DNA from: the human T2T-CHM13v2.0 reference genome, Homo sapiens
NCBI RefSeq assembly: GCF_009914755.1
Contig: NC_060928.1
DNA: 64,000 nt
Direction: 5' to 3' (one strand)
The notes under the pieces are model-generated. The model saw only the letters and a program-made list of their open reading frames with translations. It did not search any database and was not told the DNA's origin. Below, one piece after another: positions 53,321 through 64,000 of the stretch (position 1 is the stretch's first letter; each line of letters begins with the position of its first letter). The position numbers were made by a program, and so were the translations under genes.

Positions 53321-54149
53321 CAGGATTACTGTGACTGGAGGGGTGAGGTCAGTTCAGCCTGAAAAACCTTGGAGCAGGAGTTTAACTTCTCAAGGGAACA
53401 GATTTCTGAGCTTGTGATGACTTGCTCACGTATTCCAAATGTTTATTTTTTTTTTTTGAGAGCAGAGCGTTTAAGCCTTTTGGAACACTCTTCTGTGGTG
53501 GCTTATTACAGTGAAGCCTCAGCAGGGTATAGCACCAATCAATGGTGTCCAGCCTAGATCAAAGTAAGGTCCTTTAATGTGACTTGCTTCTCTTTGCTAC
53601 AAGCTCATTACTCTTGAAGGGATGGAATCAGGTTCAGACTACCCTGAGTCTGGCTGTTTCATCTTGGTCATTATTTGCTTTATTACTTGATCCTAGAGCT
53701 GGTAACTAGTCACCTGAACAGTGTGACATGTGAAAGATTAAAAGCTAATCTTCCCTTGGTACTGAATGAAGAAATTCTTAAAAATGAACTGGAAGTTTGT
53801 GAACCTTTTTCCCATTTCATTCTCTGTAACTTGTGAGGGGGCTTAACACCACCTCATTCTCCTGAAAGCTGGTGATGGCAGGAAGTCTGCTTTCTCCTTC
53901 AGCAGGAAGGTAGGAGAGCAGGGAACATGTTTCCAGTTTCTAAATATCACTACCCTGCACTCCTAGGAGTGTCGGCTGAAATGCTTACACTGCTTGAGAG
54001 ATATTCAATACTGGACTAAAGAAGGTCTGTGAGTTACTGTAGAAATAACCCAGTTCTAGAACACTCCATGATTGTTAGTTACAGGGAAGAGGCCAGCGAT
54101 AGGAGCCTGCTAAACTCATCCTTCCATAAATGTTAAAATCCCTATCATC

Positions 54150-55830
54150 CCAACCAAAAAGGAATTCACTGTGGGAGCAGATTCCCATTGGTCTCTACAG
54201 AACATAGCTAGTCCTGTTTCCTCTATTCAGCATCTGGGGAGTCATGCCGCCTTGTTTTGGATTATCCCAAAAACCCATCAGTGGGGCCTCAGAGTTTTAA
54301 ACTCTGTATATTTCTGGGCTCTTGCCATTGGCTGTGGCTTGGCAGCTAGTTAGGTGAGCACCCAAGCTGATGGTGTACCAACTACAGCTCTTTTCATAGC
54401 GTGAACCTCTCCTGAGGCTTTAAAAATTTGCTGTCCTAACTATCACAAGGACAAACAAACACTGCATGTTCTCACTCACAGGTGGGAACTGAACAATGAG
54501 AACACTTGGACACAGGAAGGGGAACATCACACACCGGGGCCTGTTGTGGGGTGGGGGGAGGGATAGCATTAGGAGATATACCTAATGTAAATGCTGAGTT
54601 AATGCGTGCAGCACACCAACATGGCACATGTATACATATGTAACAAACCTGCACATTGTGCACATGTACCCTAGAACTTAAAGTATAAAAAAAGCAAAAA
54701 AAGTATGCTGTCCTCTGCCGTTTTATATTGTTAAAGGAGCACCTCACAGAGACCTTCATTTCCAAAGACAAATGTGCACTAATGATCAAGAACATTTTCT
54801 TACACTGATATACCTGGTCCCTCTCAATTTTCACTCTGCCTGGTCTTGACCATAATATGTTGGTGATATCCTTGTCATAGTAGGGTCCTCCACTAATAAG
54901 ACATGAGAATCTTACGCTTTTAGCCTCTGGTGATCTGTTGGTTTCTGGAATCTTTCTTGGTCTTACCTAGATTATGATGAACCTTCTCACTCCCCTCATC
55001 TTCTATGAATATAACGTAGACACAGGGAGAGTAAACAGTCTTTTTGAAAAGTATTTGCGAAGAGACCAATTTCCTCTAAGCACCATGATCCCACATGGTC
55101 AGATAAATGAGGGTTATGTGTCGCCTCATAAATTCTCATAGCAGTTGCCGTTTGTTCCACAGTGGGATTTCTGCTTTGGCTGCTTTTAGCCAACCTGCCT
55201 TGAGAATCCTGACCTAGGAGAAGACTGGAGGTTGCTGGTCTGTGGAGAGGGCCTCAGAGGAGCCTGTTTTCTCAAGTTTTCTTGCATGGGCACATGAGTC
55301 TTCATACGTCAACTTGAATAAAGCTAATTGCCCTGCTAGCTCTGTATGTAACTAAGTTCTATCTGCACTAGGGTTCTGAGGTGTGTTAAGTGACCTTGGA
55401 CAAACAATCTTATTGCTTCATTCTCCTGATAGTGATGAGCCAACTTGATATTTTGGAACACTTGGGAGGAATGTTAATTCTTCTGTGTTATAGAACCCTT
55501 TACATTTCCTCATGCCATCTTGTAGAGGTCCTACTCAAGTTTGAAACATTATACATGGAATAGCCATCTTCGAAGCATGACTCTGCATTGGAACTTGAGT
55601 CTGCCCTCGTTCCTTTTCTTAGGTTTTTGAAGGAGAACCTCACTTTTGAGTTCACTCATACATTTTAGCACTAACGATAAACCATATGTTTGGCTTATGT
55701 TTGGAGGTCATTTTTCTCTTATCCCTGATTATACCCTGCCTGTTCCCTATTGAAATGACCCTGGCATCATTACTGAGGCCTCATGAAAATCTTCCTCTGA
55801 ATAGGACTGGAGAATTTTGTGTATATAGTC
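54150..55830 (-). pseudogene. Decayed Mx pieces, lineage V G domain (54150-55090) and lineage VI stalk (55150-55830)
   Basis: Colinear with 7730-9800 and 19350-22010 (ttcactgtgggagcaga, aggtgagcaccc, gagaccaat, gagtcttcat). Confidence 0.55.
54438..54702 (+). mobile_element. L1PA (about L1PA4-5) 3' fragment with poly(A)
   Basis: catgttctcactcacaggtgggaactgaacaatgagaac...ctagaacttaaagtataaaaaaa; imperfect TSD aaaa(at/gt)(t/a)tgctgtcct at ~54423-54437 and ~54699-54714. Confidence 0.93.
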
Positions 55831-57970
55831 CACATTCTTGGCCATAAAGAGCTCTTGGTCAACTTTCCTGTCGGCCTGCTCCAGAAGAAAAATGTGGAGG
55901 CACCTTATCTATAGAGGGGGACATGGAAAATGAGGTCTATGCCTGCAAATAACTTCTCCAGGGTCACCTTAATTTTTCATGAGTCAACTTCATATGAATT
56001 GATGTTCTTGCTGTTCATTAGCTGGGATCAGGCAAATATGTTGTGACTATGGCATTTGAGAAATGTGACATTGATACATCAAGATCTTGCCCTTTAAAAG
56101 GAGATGGCCTTCCCTTTTATTTTCCTGAGCTCCTCATTAACACTGAAACCAAGCGTGTGAACTCTTGTGTGAATGCATGGCAGTGGGAAAGCAGGAGTGT
56201 AGCTTGCATGTTCTTGCTGGTGCATTGCTGGTACACTTTCTCTAAGAGGTATTGCATTGGCTATAACATCTCAGAAATACCCTCCCATTTAGGAGTCTCA
56301 CCTACCTTTGTGTAGGGAGAAGATAGTTCTGAAGGTAGAACAAGGGTGTTCATAACCACTAGCTCAGAGACCTGTTTATGGGTAAGTCTACCTTGGTCCC
56401 TCTAGAGCACCAATTCTCACGTGCCCAGTATGCATGGTCTTCAGCCACCTGCCACGCTGGTATGGAAGATGGTCAGCATTAGCCTATGGGTTTCCATATC
56501 TGGGAGAAGATGTGTGCTTAGACAGGTAGAGAGGTTTGTCTTCTTCCTTCCTTTCTTTGGATCTCCATTACAGTCTCAATATGTCCTTTACCTACATATT
56601 ACCTGACTGCCCTGATCAAGACATTTCTTGATGCATACTTGATTTTCTATATCTCCTCCTCTTGTCCCAAAAATGAAACGATCCTAGGACAAAAATTCAA
56701 TACAGGCTTGAAAAGCAAATTGATCTTCCGGAGCAGAAATCCTGCTGTGTCATCCCACTATTGCTTGGTGTGAACAAGCCTGAGTTCGCTCAGCCTTTCT
56801 TTGCCTTAAGTACCGGAAGCTGAAAAACATCTCAGTATTATGCCTTCAGTTGACACACCTGTACATGGAGAGACACATCTTCCATTGTCTGTGGTTAATC
56901 TAGGTATTCTTACCACCATCAGTAGTAGAGAAGTAAAGAACAGTGAAGTAAAACTTTGGGATTGTGTGGATGATGCCCAGGACTGAGACTGGAATGTGTT
57001 CCCACTGAGACTGGAAAGATAGTGCAGATGAGCACTTTGGGTATGGCAGGATCATTTGAAAGAACCAGTTAAGCATGTTTATAACACAAACATAAACTTA
57101 CTAGTTAGAAATCGTCAAGGATTTCTAGTGTGTTCAGATTCTATTGTCTAGGGCTTATGTTAGATTTTATAGGCTGAGATCTTGTTCTCTAACTGGAAGG
57201 CAGCATCTGCCTCTTTCCACTTGAACTCTGGCAGGAGGTTTGTTCCATTGCATGTGGTTCTGAGTTGTTCAGTCTAATGGAAGAAGCACTAGAGAAGAGC
57301 TCAGAACGTTTGGTTTTAAAGCAGCATCGTCAATATCTTTGAGTCCAACAGTCAAATTCAAATATACTCCAAGAATGTTACGAAGTTGTCGTCGGGAAGC
57401 ATGGCAAACTGATACAGTGAAAAGAGAAATTCTTGAGTCAGGTGTTGATCACTTTAAATCTCAGGTAAGAGGCATTCACCTGAGGAGTACTGGAAATTCT
57501 CTCACCTGCAGAGGCTTGCTAGGTTTGTGCTTGTTTCCATGTGAAGAGCCATAAGTTATAACCCTCCTCATACCGTGTGTGGAGACATGCCAGGCTCAGA
57601 TCAACACATACCTATGTAGGGATGGGATGAGCAGGAAGATCTAAGTTGGAAGCATCAGAAAACTTATGGGGTCAGGAGAAGTGTGGGTTTGTATGCTACT
57701 CTGTGGAATCTCAATCCTCTGTCCTCCAAAGGGTTTCTAATTCTCATTGTCTTGTGGTCTTTGTGTGATTGCCATTATCTTTCACACCAGTGGTGTGGAA
57801 AAGTGGTCAATGTTAGCCTGAGTCTCCCTATCTGAGCTGGTTTGGTTCTCATTCCTTTGATTCCCCAAGATAGTCCCAATGCCTCCTTTTAACCAAATAT
57901 TCACTGACTACTCTGACCACGAGATCTTTAGATGTGTATCTGCCTTTTATATATTTCCTTATATTGCCCC

Positions 57971-58347
57971 TGATACAGTTTGGATATCCCTTCCAAATCT
58001 CATGTTGATATAATCCCACTGTTGGACAGTAGGGCCTGGTAGGAGGTGTTTGGGTCATGGAAGTGGGTCCCTCATGACTTGGTGCTGTCCTCACCATAGT
58101 TCTCATGACAGCTAGTCATTCGAGTATGTGGCACCTCCCCCTTGCCTTTCTTCTGCTTGTACCATATGACTTGCAAGCTTCCCCTGTGTCTTCCACTGTA
58201 AGTAAAATCTTCCTGAGGCCTGTCCAGAAGCAGATACCAGCGCTATTATTGCCATACATCCTGTAGAACCGTGAGACAGTTAAATCTCTTTTCTTATAAA
58301 TTACCAAGTTTAGGTATTTATAGCAATGCAAGATATGGCCTGACACC
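57971..58347 (+). mobile_element. MaLR solo LTR, MST type (MSTA/MSTB-like)
   Basis: tgatacagtttggatat...aaatctcatgttga...gggcctggtaggaggtgtttgggtcatgg...tagcaatgcaaga; flanks gcccc / acccc. Confidence 0.9.
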
Positions 58348-59695
58348 ACCCCTAAAATGATATTCTGAGACAAAAATTCACTATAAGCTTAAATCTTGCA
58401 GAGCAGAAACCCTAATTCTTGGTTATCCCACAGTTGCTTGGTGGGAACATGTCTGATCTCCTCTCAGCCTTTCTTTGCAAGCATCAGAGTTTGGAAAACA
58501 ATCTCAACTATGCCTATATGTCACACACTTGTGCATGTAGACACACATCTCTAACTGTCTTGGTGGCTGATCTAGGCATTCTGACCACCACCTCTACAGA
58601 AGTAAAGAACAGTGAAGGAAGAATCTGGGATGGTGTGGATGATGTCCAGGACTGAGACTGAAGTACGTGTTTAACTGAGATTGCTCATTTGCAGTATCTT
58701 CCCAATCAGGTTGTGTGGGCTCATTTGGAAAAACCAGTTTACCATGTTCATAACACCAATGTTGTAACTGAGAACACAAATCCTCCTTGTGGACTTCTAA
58801 GTAGCAAGTGTTAATCTCTATGGCTTATGTTGGATTTTTAAGGCTGACACTTGATCGCTAACTGGAAGGCTGTATTTCCTTTATTCCTCTCAAGCTCTGG
58901 AAGGAGATCTGTTCCATTGCATGTGGTTCCGAGTTGTCTTGCGGTTCAAGCACTAAGGAGCACAGAGCATTTGGTTTTACAGTGGCATCATGGGTATTTT
59001 TGAGGCCCAAACTCAACATGCTTGGAGTATGTTTGAATTCAAGTTGCTGGCCTAAAATATCACCTATAGGAAGCATGGCAAATTGATACCATGGAAAAGG
59101 ATCATTCCTGCCTCAGGTTGACCACTTAAATTTCAGGTATGAGACATTCACCTAAGGGGTGTCACCTGGGCATTGTCTTGGAGGCCACAGCAGCCTTCCA
59201 TGAAAACTCCTACAGAGGCTTGGTAGGTTTGTGCTTGTTTCCACCTGAAGAGCTATAACTTTTATAACACTCCTCATGTGTTGTGGAGACATGCCAAGCC
59301 CAGATTAACAATACCTAGGTAGGGATGGGATGAACAGGAAGATCTGGGTTGGAATTATGAGCAAATTAAGGGGTTAGGAGATGAAGTGAGGCTTTGTGTG
59401 CTGCTCCATGGAAGCTGAAGCCTCTGTAGTTTAAAGGGTTTCTCATTCTCCCTCCCTCCTGTGGTCTTTGAGGGATTGCCATTGCCTGCCATGCTAGTGG
59501 CATAGAAAGTGGTCAATATTAGTCTGTGAGTCTCCCTATCTGATAGGACTCTTAACCACGTGGGGAGAGGTGTCTCACTCTCATTCCTTTGATTCTCCAT
59601 GGTAGTCCCAGTGCCTCCTTTCAACTAAATATTCACTGACAACTCTGACAAATCTTGAGATGCATATTTGCTTTTTATATTTCCCTATATCGCCC

Positions 59696-60080
59696 TGATA
59701 CAGTTTGGATATCCCCACCAAATCTCAAGTTGAGATGTAATCTTCGATGTTGGATGATGGGGCCTGGTGGGTGGTATTTGGGTCATGGAAGTGGATCCCT
59801 CATGGCTTGGTGCTGTCCTCCCCATTGTGAGCTCTCACAAGATGCAGTCATTGAAAAGTGTGTGGTACCTCCCCCTTGCCTTTCTTTTGCTTTTGCCATG
59901 TGACATGCAAGCTCCCCCTTTGCCTCCATAAGCATAAGCTTCCTGAGGCCTCCCAGAAGCAGATGCCAGTGCTGTGCTTCCCTAACAGCCTGCAGAACCA
60001 TCAGATGATTAAACCTCTTTTCTTAAGAATTACCCAGTCTTAGGTATGTCTTCATAGCAATGTAAGAATGGCCTGATACA
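59696..60080 (+). mobile_element. MaLR solo LTR, MST type, duplicate of 57971-58347
   Basis: Same termini at the same position of the 1.7 kb unit; flanks cgccc / gccct. Confidence 0.9.
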
Positions 60081-62094
60081 GCCCTTATAATAATAATCTG
60101 GGACAAAAATCTAATAAAAGCGTAAATAATCTTGTAGAGCAGAAATTCTAATGCTGTTATCCCACAGTTGCTTGGTGGGAACACGTTTGATTCCTCTCGA
60201 CCTTTCTTTGCCGTAAGTGCTAGAGTCTGAAGAAAAAAATCTCTTATGTCTGCATTTCACACACTTGTGCATATTGGAGACACATCTCCAGCTGTCTTGG
60301 TGGTTAATTCTTACCATCTCTTGTAGTGGGGGAGGTGGAGGACAGCAGTGAAGCCACGAGAGTTTGCGGTGGTGTGGATGATACCCAGGACTGACACTGA
60401 AATGTGTGTTTGAATAACTGAGATCGCTCATCTGCCAGGCCTTTCCAGGGTCAGTTCATGGGCTCATTTGGAAAAACCAACTTACCATGTTAATGCCAAC
60501 ATAACTGACAACACACTAGAAATCCTTCTTGTGGATTACTAGTAAGTTTTATTCTCTGGGGATTATATTGGATTTTATAGGCAGAGACTTGATCTCTAAC
60601 TAGAAGACTGCATTTGTCTTTTTCCACTTGAGCTCTGGAAGGAGATTTGCTGCATTTCATGTGATTCTGAGTTCAGTCTTGTGGAAGAAACACTAGAGAA
60701 GAGCGTAGAGCATTTGGTTTTAAAGGAGCAGCATCAATATCTTTGAGTTCAAACCTCAAATTCAAGTATACTCCAAGAATGTTAAGTTGCTGGCCTAAAA
60801 TGTCACCTGTAGGAAGCATGACAAACCAACACCATGGAAAAGGATCATTCTTCACTTTTGTTGGCCATTTTAATCTCAGGTAAGAGGTATTCACCCAAGG
60901 ACTGTTATCTGGTCATTGTCTTGGTGGCCACAGTGGCCTTTGGCAATTCTCATCTTAACTGCAGAGAATTGCTAGCTTCTGTGTTTGCTTTCACCTAAGG
61001 ACTCATTACTTGGAACATAGGCCCCACACTGTGGAGATATGCCAAGCCCAGATCACCACATATATATAGGTAGTGATGGGGATGAGCAGGAAGATCCAGG
61101 TAGAAAGGAGTTTTTGGTATGCCAAGTGGAACCTGAAATAATTCGATCAAACATAAGTTTCTAGATCTTTCAAAGCTGTGTGCTGAGGGAGATGAACTGG
61201 TAATGGGAAGTTGAGGTGCTTTCTTCTGATTCTTGAGTGTGCTGAGCTTCATATTATGGCTATTTAAGAACTAACTGAAGTGTCTAGAGATGGAGTCAGG
61301 CTTGGAAGGCTGCTCTGTGCAAACGCAACCCTCTGTACTCCAGAGGATTTCTAATTAGATTCCATCTCCTTTTTATGTGCATGATCTCAGAGGCTCCAGC
61401 TTATTCCTGATCCATAAGTGATCAGAAATTCTCTACCTGCTGTAGAGCTTGTTTTTAACTTGTAAAATATGCAAACCAAAACATTTCATCTGCTCTTGGG
61501 TGGTGGCCAACATGGCAGGGTCTTTTTGGTGAATGAATGGGTGTGTGCAGACCTATCTCTGGGTTCCTACCTGTATTCGAAAGGATGCATGATCCTGCGT
61601 GGCTGGCACCATCCATCAGGGACAATAGGCTTTCAGGGGTAGGCACTGCTGAGGGACAATGCTTGAAAATGGACATGACCTTTCCTTCACAGCTCTTGGC
61701 TCATGGTTGTGATACTGGGCACTGCCTGCATCTCTGAGAAAAAAGTTTCTCCAGCTTGATCCTGTACGATGGGGCCTTTTGGCGCCATATTTGGTTAGGT
61801 TTTTAGGTCTATTCTCAGTTCCCTTTTCAGGCCTTTTTCAATTGATGATTCTCAGAGTCGGAGAGATGGTTTGGACAGCTTATCAGGATCTGAGCAAATA
61901 GCATGAGTGAGGCTGCTTCTGTGTCTTACCCAGAGATTTGCTTCTAATCCCAACGTTCCAGTGGAATGTGGTCTCTCCCATAACAGTTGAAATTCTTTGA
62001 CCACTTTTCGTTGGAAATTTTTGAACAATGTGCATTTCTTTGAATTGAAGTTCTTTAGTATAAAAGGGGAGACGGTGATGGCCTGGGGTGCTTT

Positions 62095-62377
62095 TTCTTA
62101 TACATTTAAGGGGTACAGTGCAATTTTGTTACTGGTATAGTGATAACCTGTGCTTCTAGGGTATCCATCTCCCTAGTAATGTGCATAGTATCCATTAGTT
62201 TTTCATGATCCACTCCCATTACCCCTTGACCCATCACCCATGACCCTTCTGAGTCTCCAATGTCTGTAATTGCACACCCTATGTCCATATGTACACATTA
62301 TGTAGCTCCCATTTACAAGCGAGAACAGGTATTTGACTTGCTGTTTCTCAGTTGTTTCACTTAAGATAATGGCCTCC
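62095..62377 (-). mobile_element. Old L1MA-type 3' fragment
   Basis: ccttctgagtctccaatgtct...tgtacacatt..tagctcccatttacaagcgagaac...gttgtttcacttaagataatggcctcc. Confidence 0.75.
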
Positions 62378-62654
62378 TAGAGTGCTCTTGCTGGGAGGTT
62401 TTAATTTTGTATTCATTTGGTTCCCTGGGCCACCTGTATATCTTACACCTACTTCCTGCGATTTCAGACAATCTTGATAAGAACATTGAAAAAATGGATT
62501 AATTGAATGGAGTTCATAATATGCACTTCCCCTAGAGACTGTAAAACAAGTCCCACCTTTATTCTTGATAGAAATAATTGGGCATTTTCAAATGGATGAA
62601 TCATGCCAGTAGAAGAATAGTTAAGATTCTTATCTGAAGTGAGACCCAAGTATC

Positions 62655-62890
62655 TGCATATGGATATCCTAAATTCAGATCCTGAGACCTATGTTTGAGG
62701 TAGAAAGGCTTGTGAAAGTGACTCCAGGAAACATGGAGGAGTAATGAAGACAGGGTAGGAAGAGCAGCCAGACCTGGGAGAGCATTGAAGAGGTCACCTC
62801 TATGCTGTGTGCAACTCAGTCTCCCTGGGAATCCTCTAAAAACCCACATGGAAAATGATGTCCCAGAATCTCATTCCTAGGATTGCCTAC
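62655..62890. mobile_element. Possible old ERVL LTR fragment (LTR33/LTR16-like)
   Basis: cagatcctgagac...gtgactccaggaaaca...gacagggtaggaagagcagcca resembles my recall of these LTRs. Confidence 0.4.
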
Positions 62891-62899
62891 CACATCCAA

Positions 62900-63420
62900 C
62901 CTACATCTTTAAGGGTAGTATTCTTTTTGTACTGCAGACGTGTACCTTGGTGCTTGAGGCTGATGTGCCTTGGGTGATTTTAGAGAGCCAGTACAGTGAG
63001 AATTTTGATAGACTCAGCAGTTCTACCTGAAGCATGATATATATTTTGGCAACTAAACTATCCTGCTTCAATAACGAGTGGTAACCCACGTTGGGATCTT
63101 ATTAGGGCCAGGTGAGGCTTGGGGCTAAGAGCCAGCCTGATGGCACCTCCTCAGGGTCCTGCTGAGTGTTGCCCACCATCCAGTGAGCAGCTCTACACTG
63201 GCAGGTGCTTCTGAGGTTTCATCCTGAATGTTCTCATTCTTCCAGGCTGCTTCATCTATGCAGGATAATTCCACAGCCTGGGGCCAGGAATCTAGCACCG
63301 ATCCAGAGACTGAGTCCACTGTAAGGATAACTCACTGCAAGCTGCCGGTGCTGTGAGGCCTGTACCTAACCCCAGCCTCTAACCTTCAGCTTCATTTGGG
63401 CTGGAAGTGGCCATTTGTGG
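62900..63420 (-). pseudogene. Very decayed Mx G domain (separate lineage)
   Basis: LGLGTGLTAPA (LGVEQDLALPA), DSVSGSVLDS (DQSSGKSSVLEA), WKNENIQDETSEAPASVE ([21 protein letters not shown]), KQDSLV, ITQGT, in order. Confidence 0.5.
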
Positions 63421-64000
63421 TGAGAGCTGAAAACAACACCCTTCCTTTATGACTGGACGAGGAACAGCTGCCTTGTCAGTGTCACTAGGGCTGGTCCACT
63501 GCTTATCTAAGGTTAAGGAGAACTAAAAATGGGATGTCCTGCACATCTGGACCTCATGGACTCTAGAGGAAAGCCAGACACTCCTTTCATGCCTGGAGAC
63601 TGTTGTGACTTCAGTGTTACTTATTTGACCCATGCTCACATGGAGTGGCTATCTGATTCTGTTTCTTCCCCACAGACTGTTGAGCAGAACACATTTTCCT
63701 GAGTGATTTTTCACCTTGAAAGGAACAAGTAGTTCCATCCAGTGATTTAAACCTGCTCTGGCAGTTTCTCAGAAAGGTCAATGATAGATGCACAGCTTAA
63801 ACTCACCCAGAGGTGGTGAAGGACTGAGCGCAGAATGCGTGGTGCTGGAAACCTTTGCTTTTCTTACGGCTTGTGCAAACCATTGAAACGTGCTGTTCCG
63901 CAAATTCTGTGTGCAGTGCTGATTGCGGTCATGTCAGCAGCTTTGCTGCACAAGAAAGGCTCAGTAGTCTTGAATCCAAGAATCCTGTTTCTGACTCCAT

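Larger units (their letters stand above)
56690..61450 (-). repeat. Three tandem ~1.7 kb units (starting ~56690, ~58371, ~60104), each a compacted lineage III Mx copy
   Basis: Shared caaaaa...agcagaaa...atcccac..ttgcttggtg; translations MKLSTLK, YLDLPA, NTSYLRLKWPTKVK, FFQMS, LQEMVRINHQDSWRCVSN..RFF..TYGKE (ORF 60111..60431) versus [32 protein letters not shown]. Confidence 0.8.
790..63420 (-). repeat. Tandem array of decayed intronless Mx/MX1-derived copies (about 20-25 units)
   Basis: Recurring DNA blocks (e.g. gtggagcacctgggaccca at ~11177/33352/40338; gcagg(t/c)(g/a)tgtaccttct at ~5946/31526; aggaattcaacactggata at ~3984/29464) translate on the minus strand into Mx G-domain, stalk and GED motifs in the correct N-to-C order. 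Confidence 0.85.

Noticed and set aside
53445-53470. Poly-T followed by gag as an Alu tail
   Set aside because: The following sequence is not Alu; it matches the array spacer at ~31900 and ~39610.
56965-60395. Repeated tggatgat(g/a)..caggactga as a C/D-box snoRNA cluster
   Set aside because: No true TGATGA C box, CTGA only about 10 nt away, no terminal stem; it lies inside the Mx-derived unit.
62932-62950. ctgcagacgtgtacctt as another lineage I EKVRPC site
   Set aside because: Flanks do not align with lineage I and the position conflicts with the motif order of that unit; probably chance.
54-63319. The short ORFs of the six-frame track as real genes
   Set aside because: All are 176 aa or shorter. 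Minus-strand ones are frameshifted pieces of Mx, ERV or L1; plus-strand ones are antisense shadows.
1-64000. Satellite DNA, CRISPR-like array or miRNA cluster as explanation of the repeats
   Set aside because: No short fixed period, repeat-spacer structure or recurrent hairpin seen; kb-scale Mx homology explains the repeats better. Hairpins were not folded computationally.

Overview
Primate (probably hominoid, from an L1PA2/3 insertion) genomic DNA with no intact protein-coding gene. At first sight it is a scrambled, diverged low-copy repeat. Hand-translating the minus strand across frameshifts shows that most of the non-transposon sequence is a head-to-tail array of roughly 20-25 intronless, decayed copies of the Mx (MX1-type) antiviral dynamin-like GTPase coding sequence. 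All copies are on the minus strand, at about 2-2.5 kb per unit, in several paralog lineages with very different degrees of decay. A few copies are unmistakable (5395-6099, 30935-31679, 35720-36500, 38175-39398, 40270-41590); the rest are recognisable from short motifs in the correct order and need an HMM/tBLASTn check. Inserted into the array are a HERV-K(HML-3)/HERVK9 provirus with MER9 LTRs and a gag-pro deletion (42504-49447, minus), several solo LTRs and several L1 3' fragments. I saw no Alu. Unit boundaries are approximate, and protein and repeat-family comparisons are from my recall of the reference sequences, not from a search.
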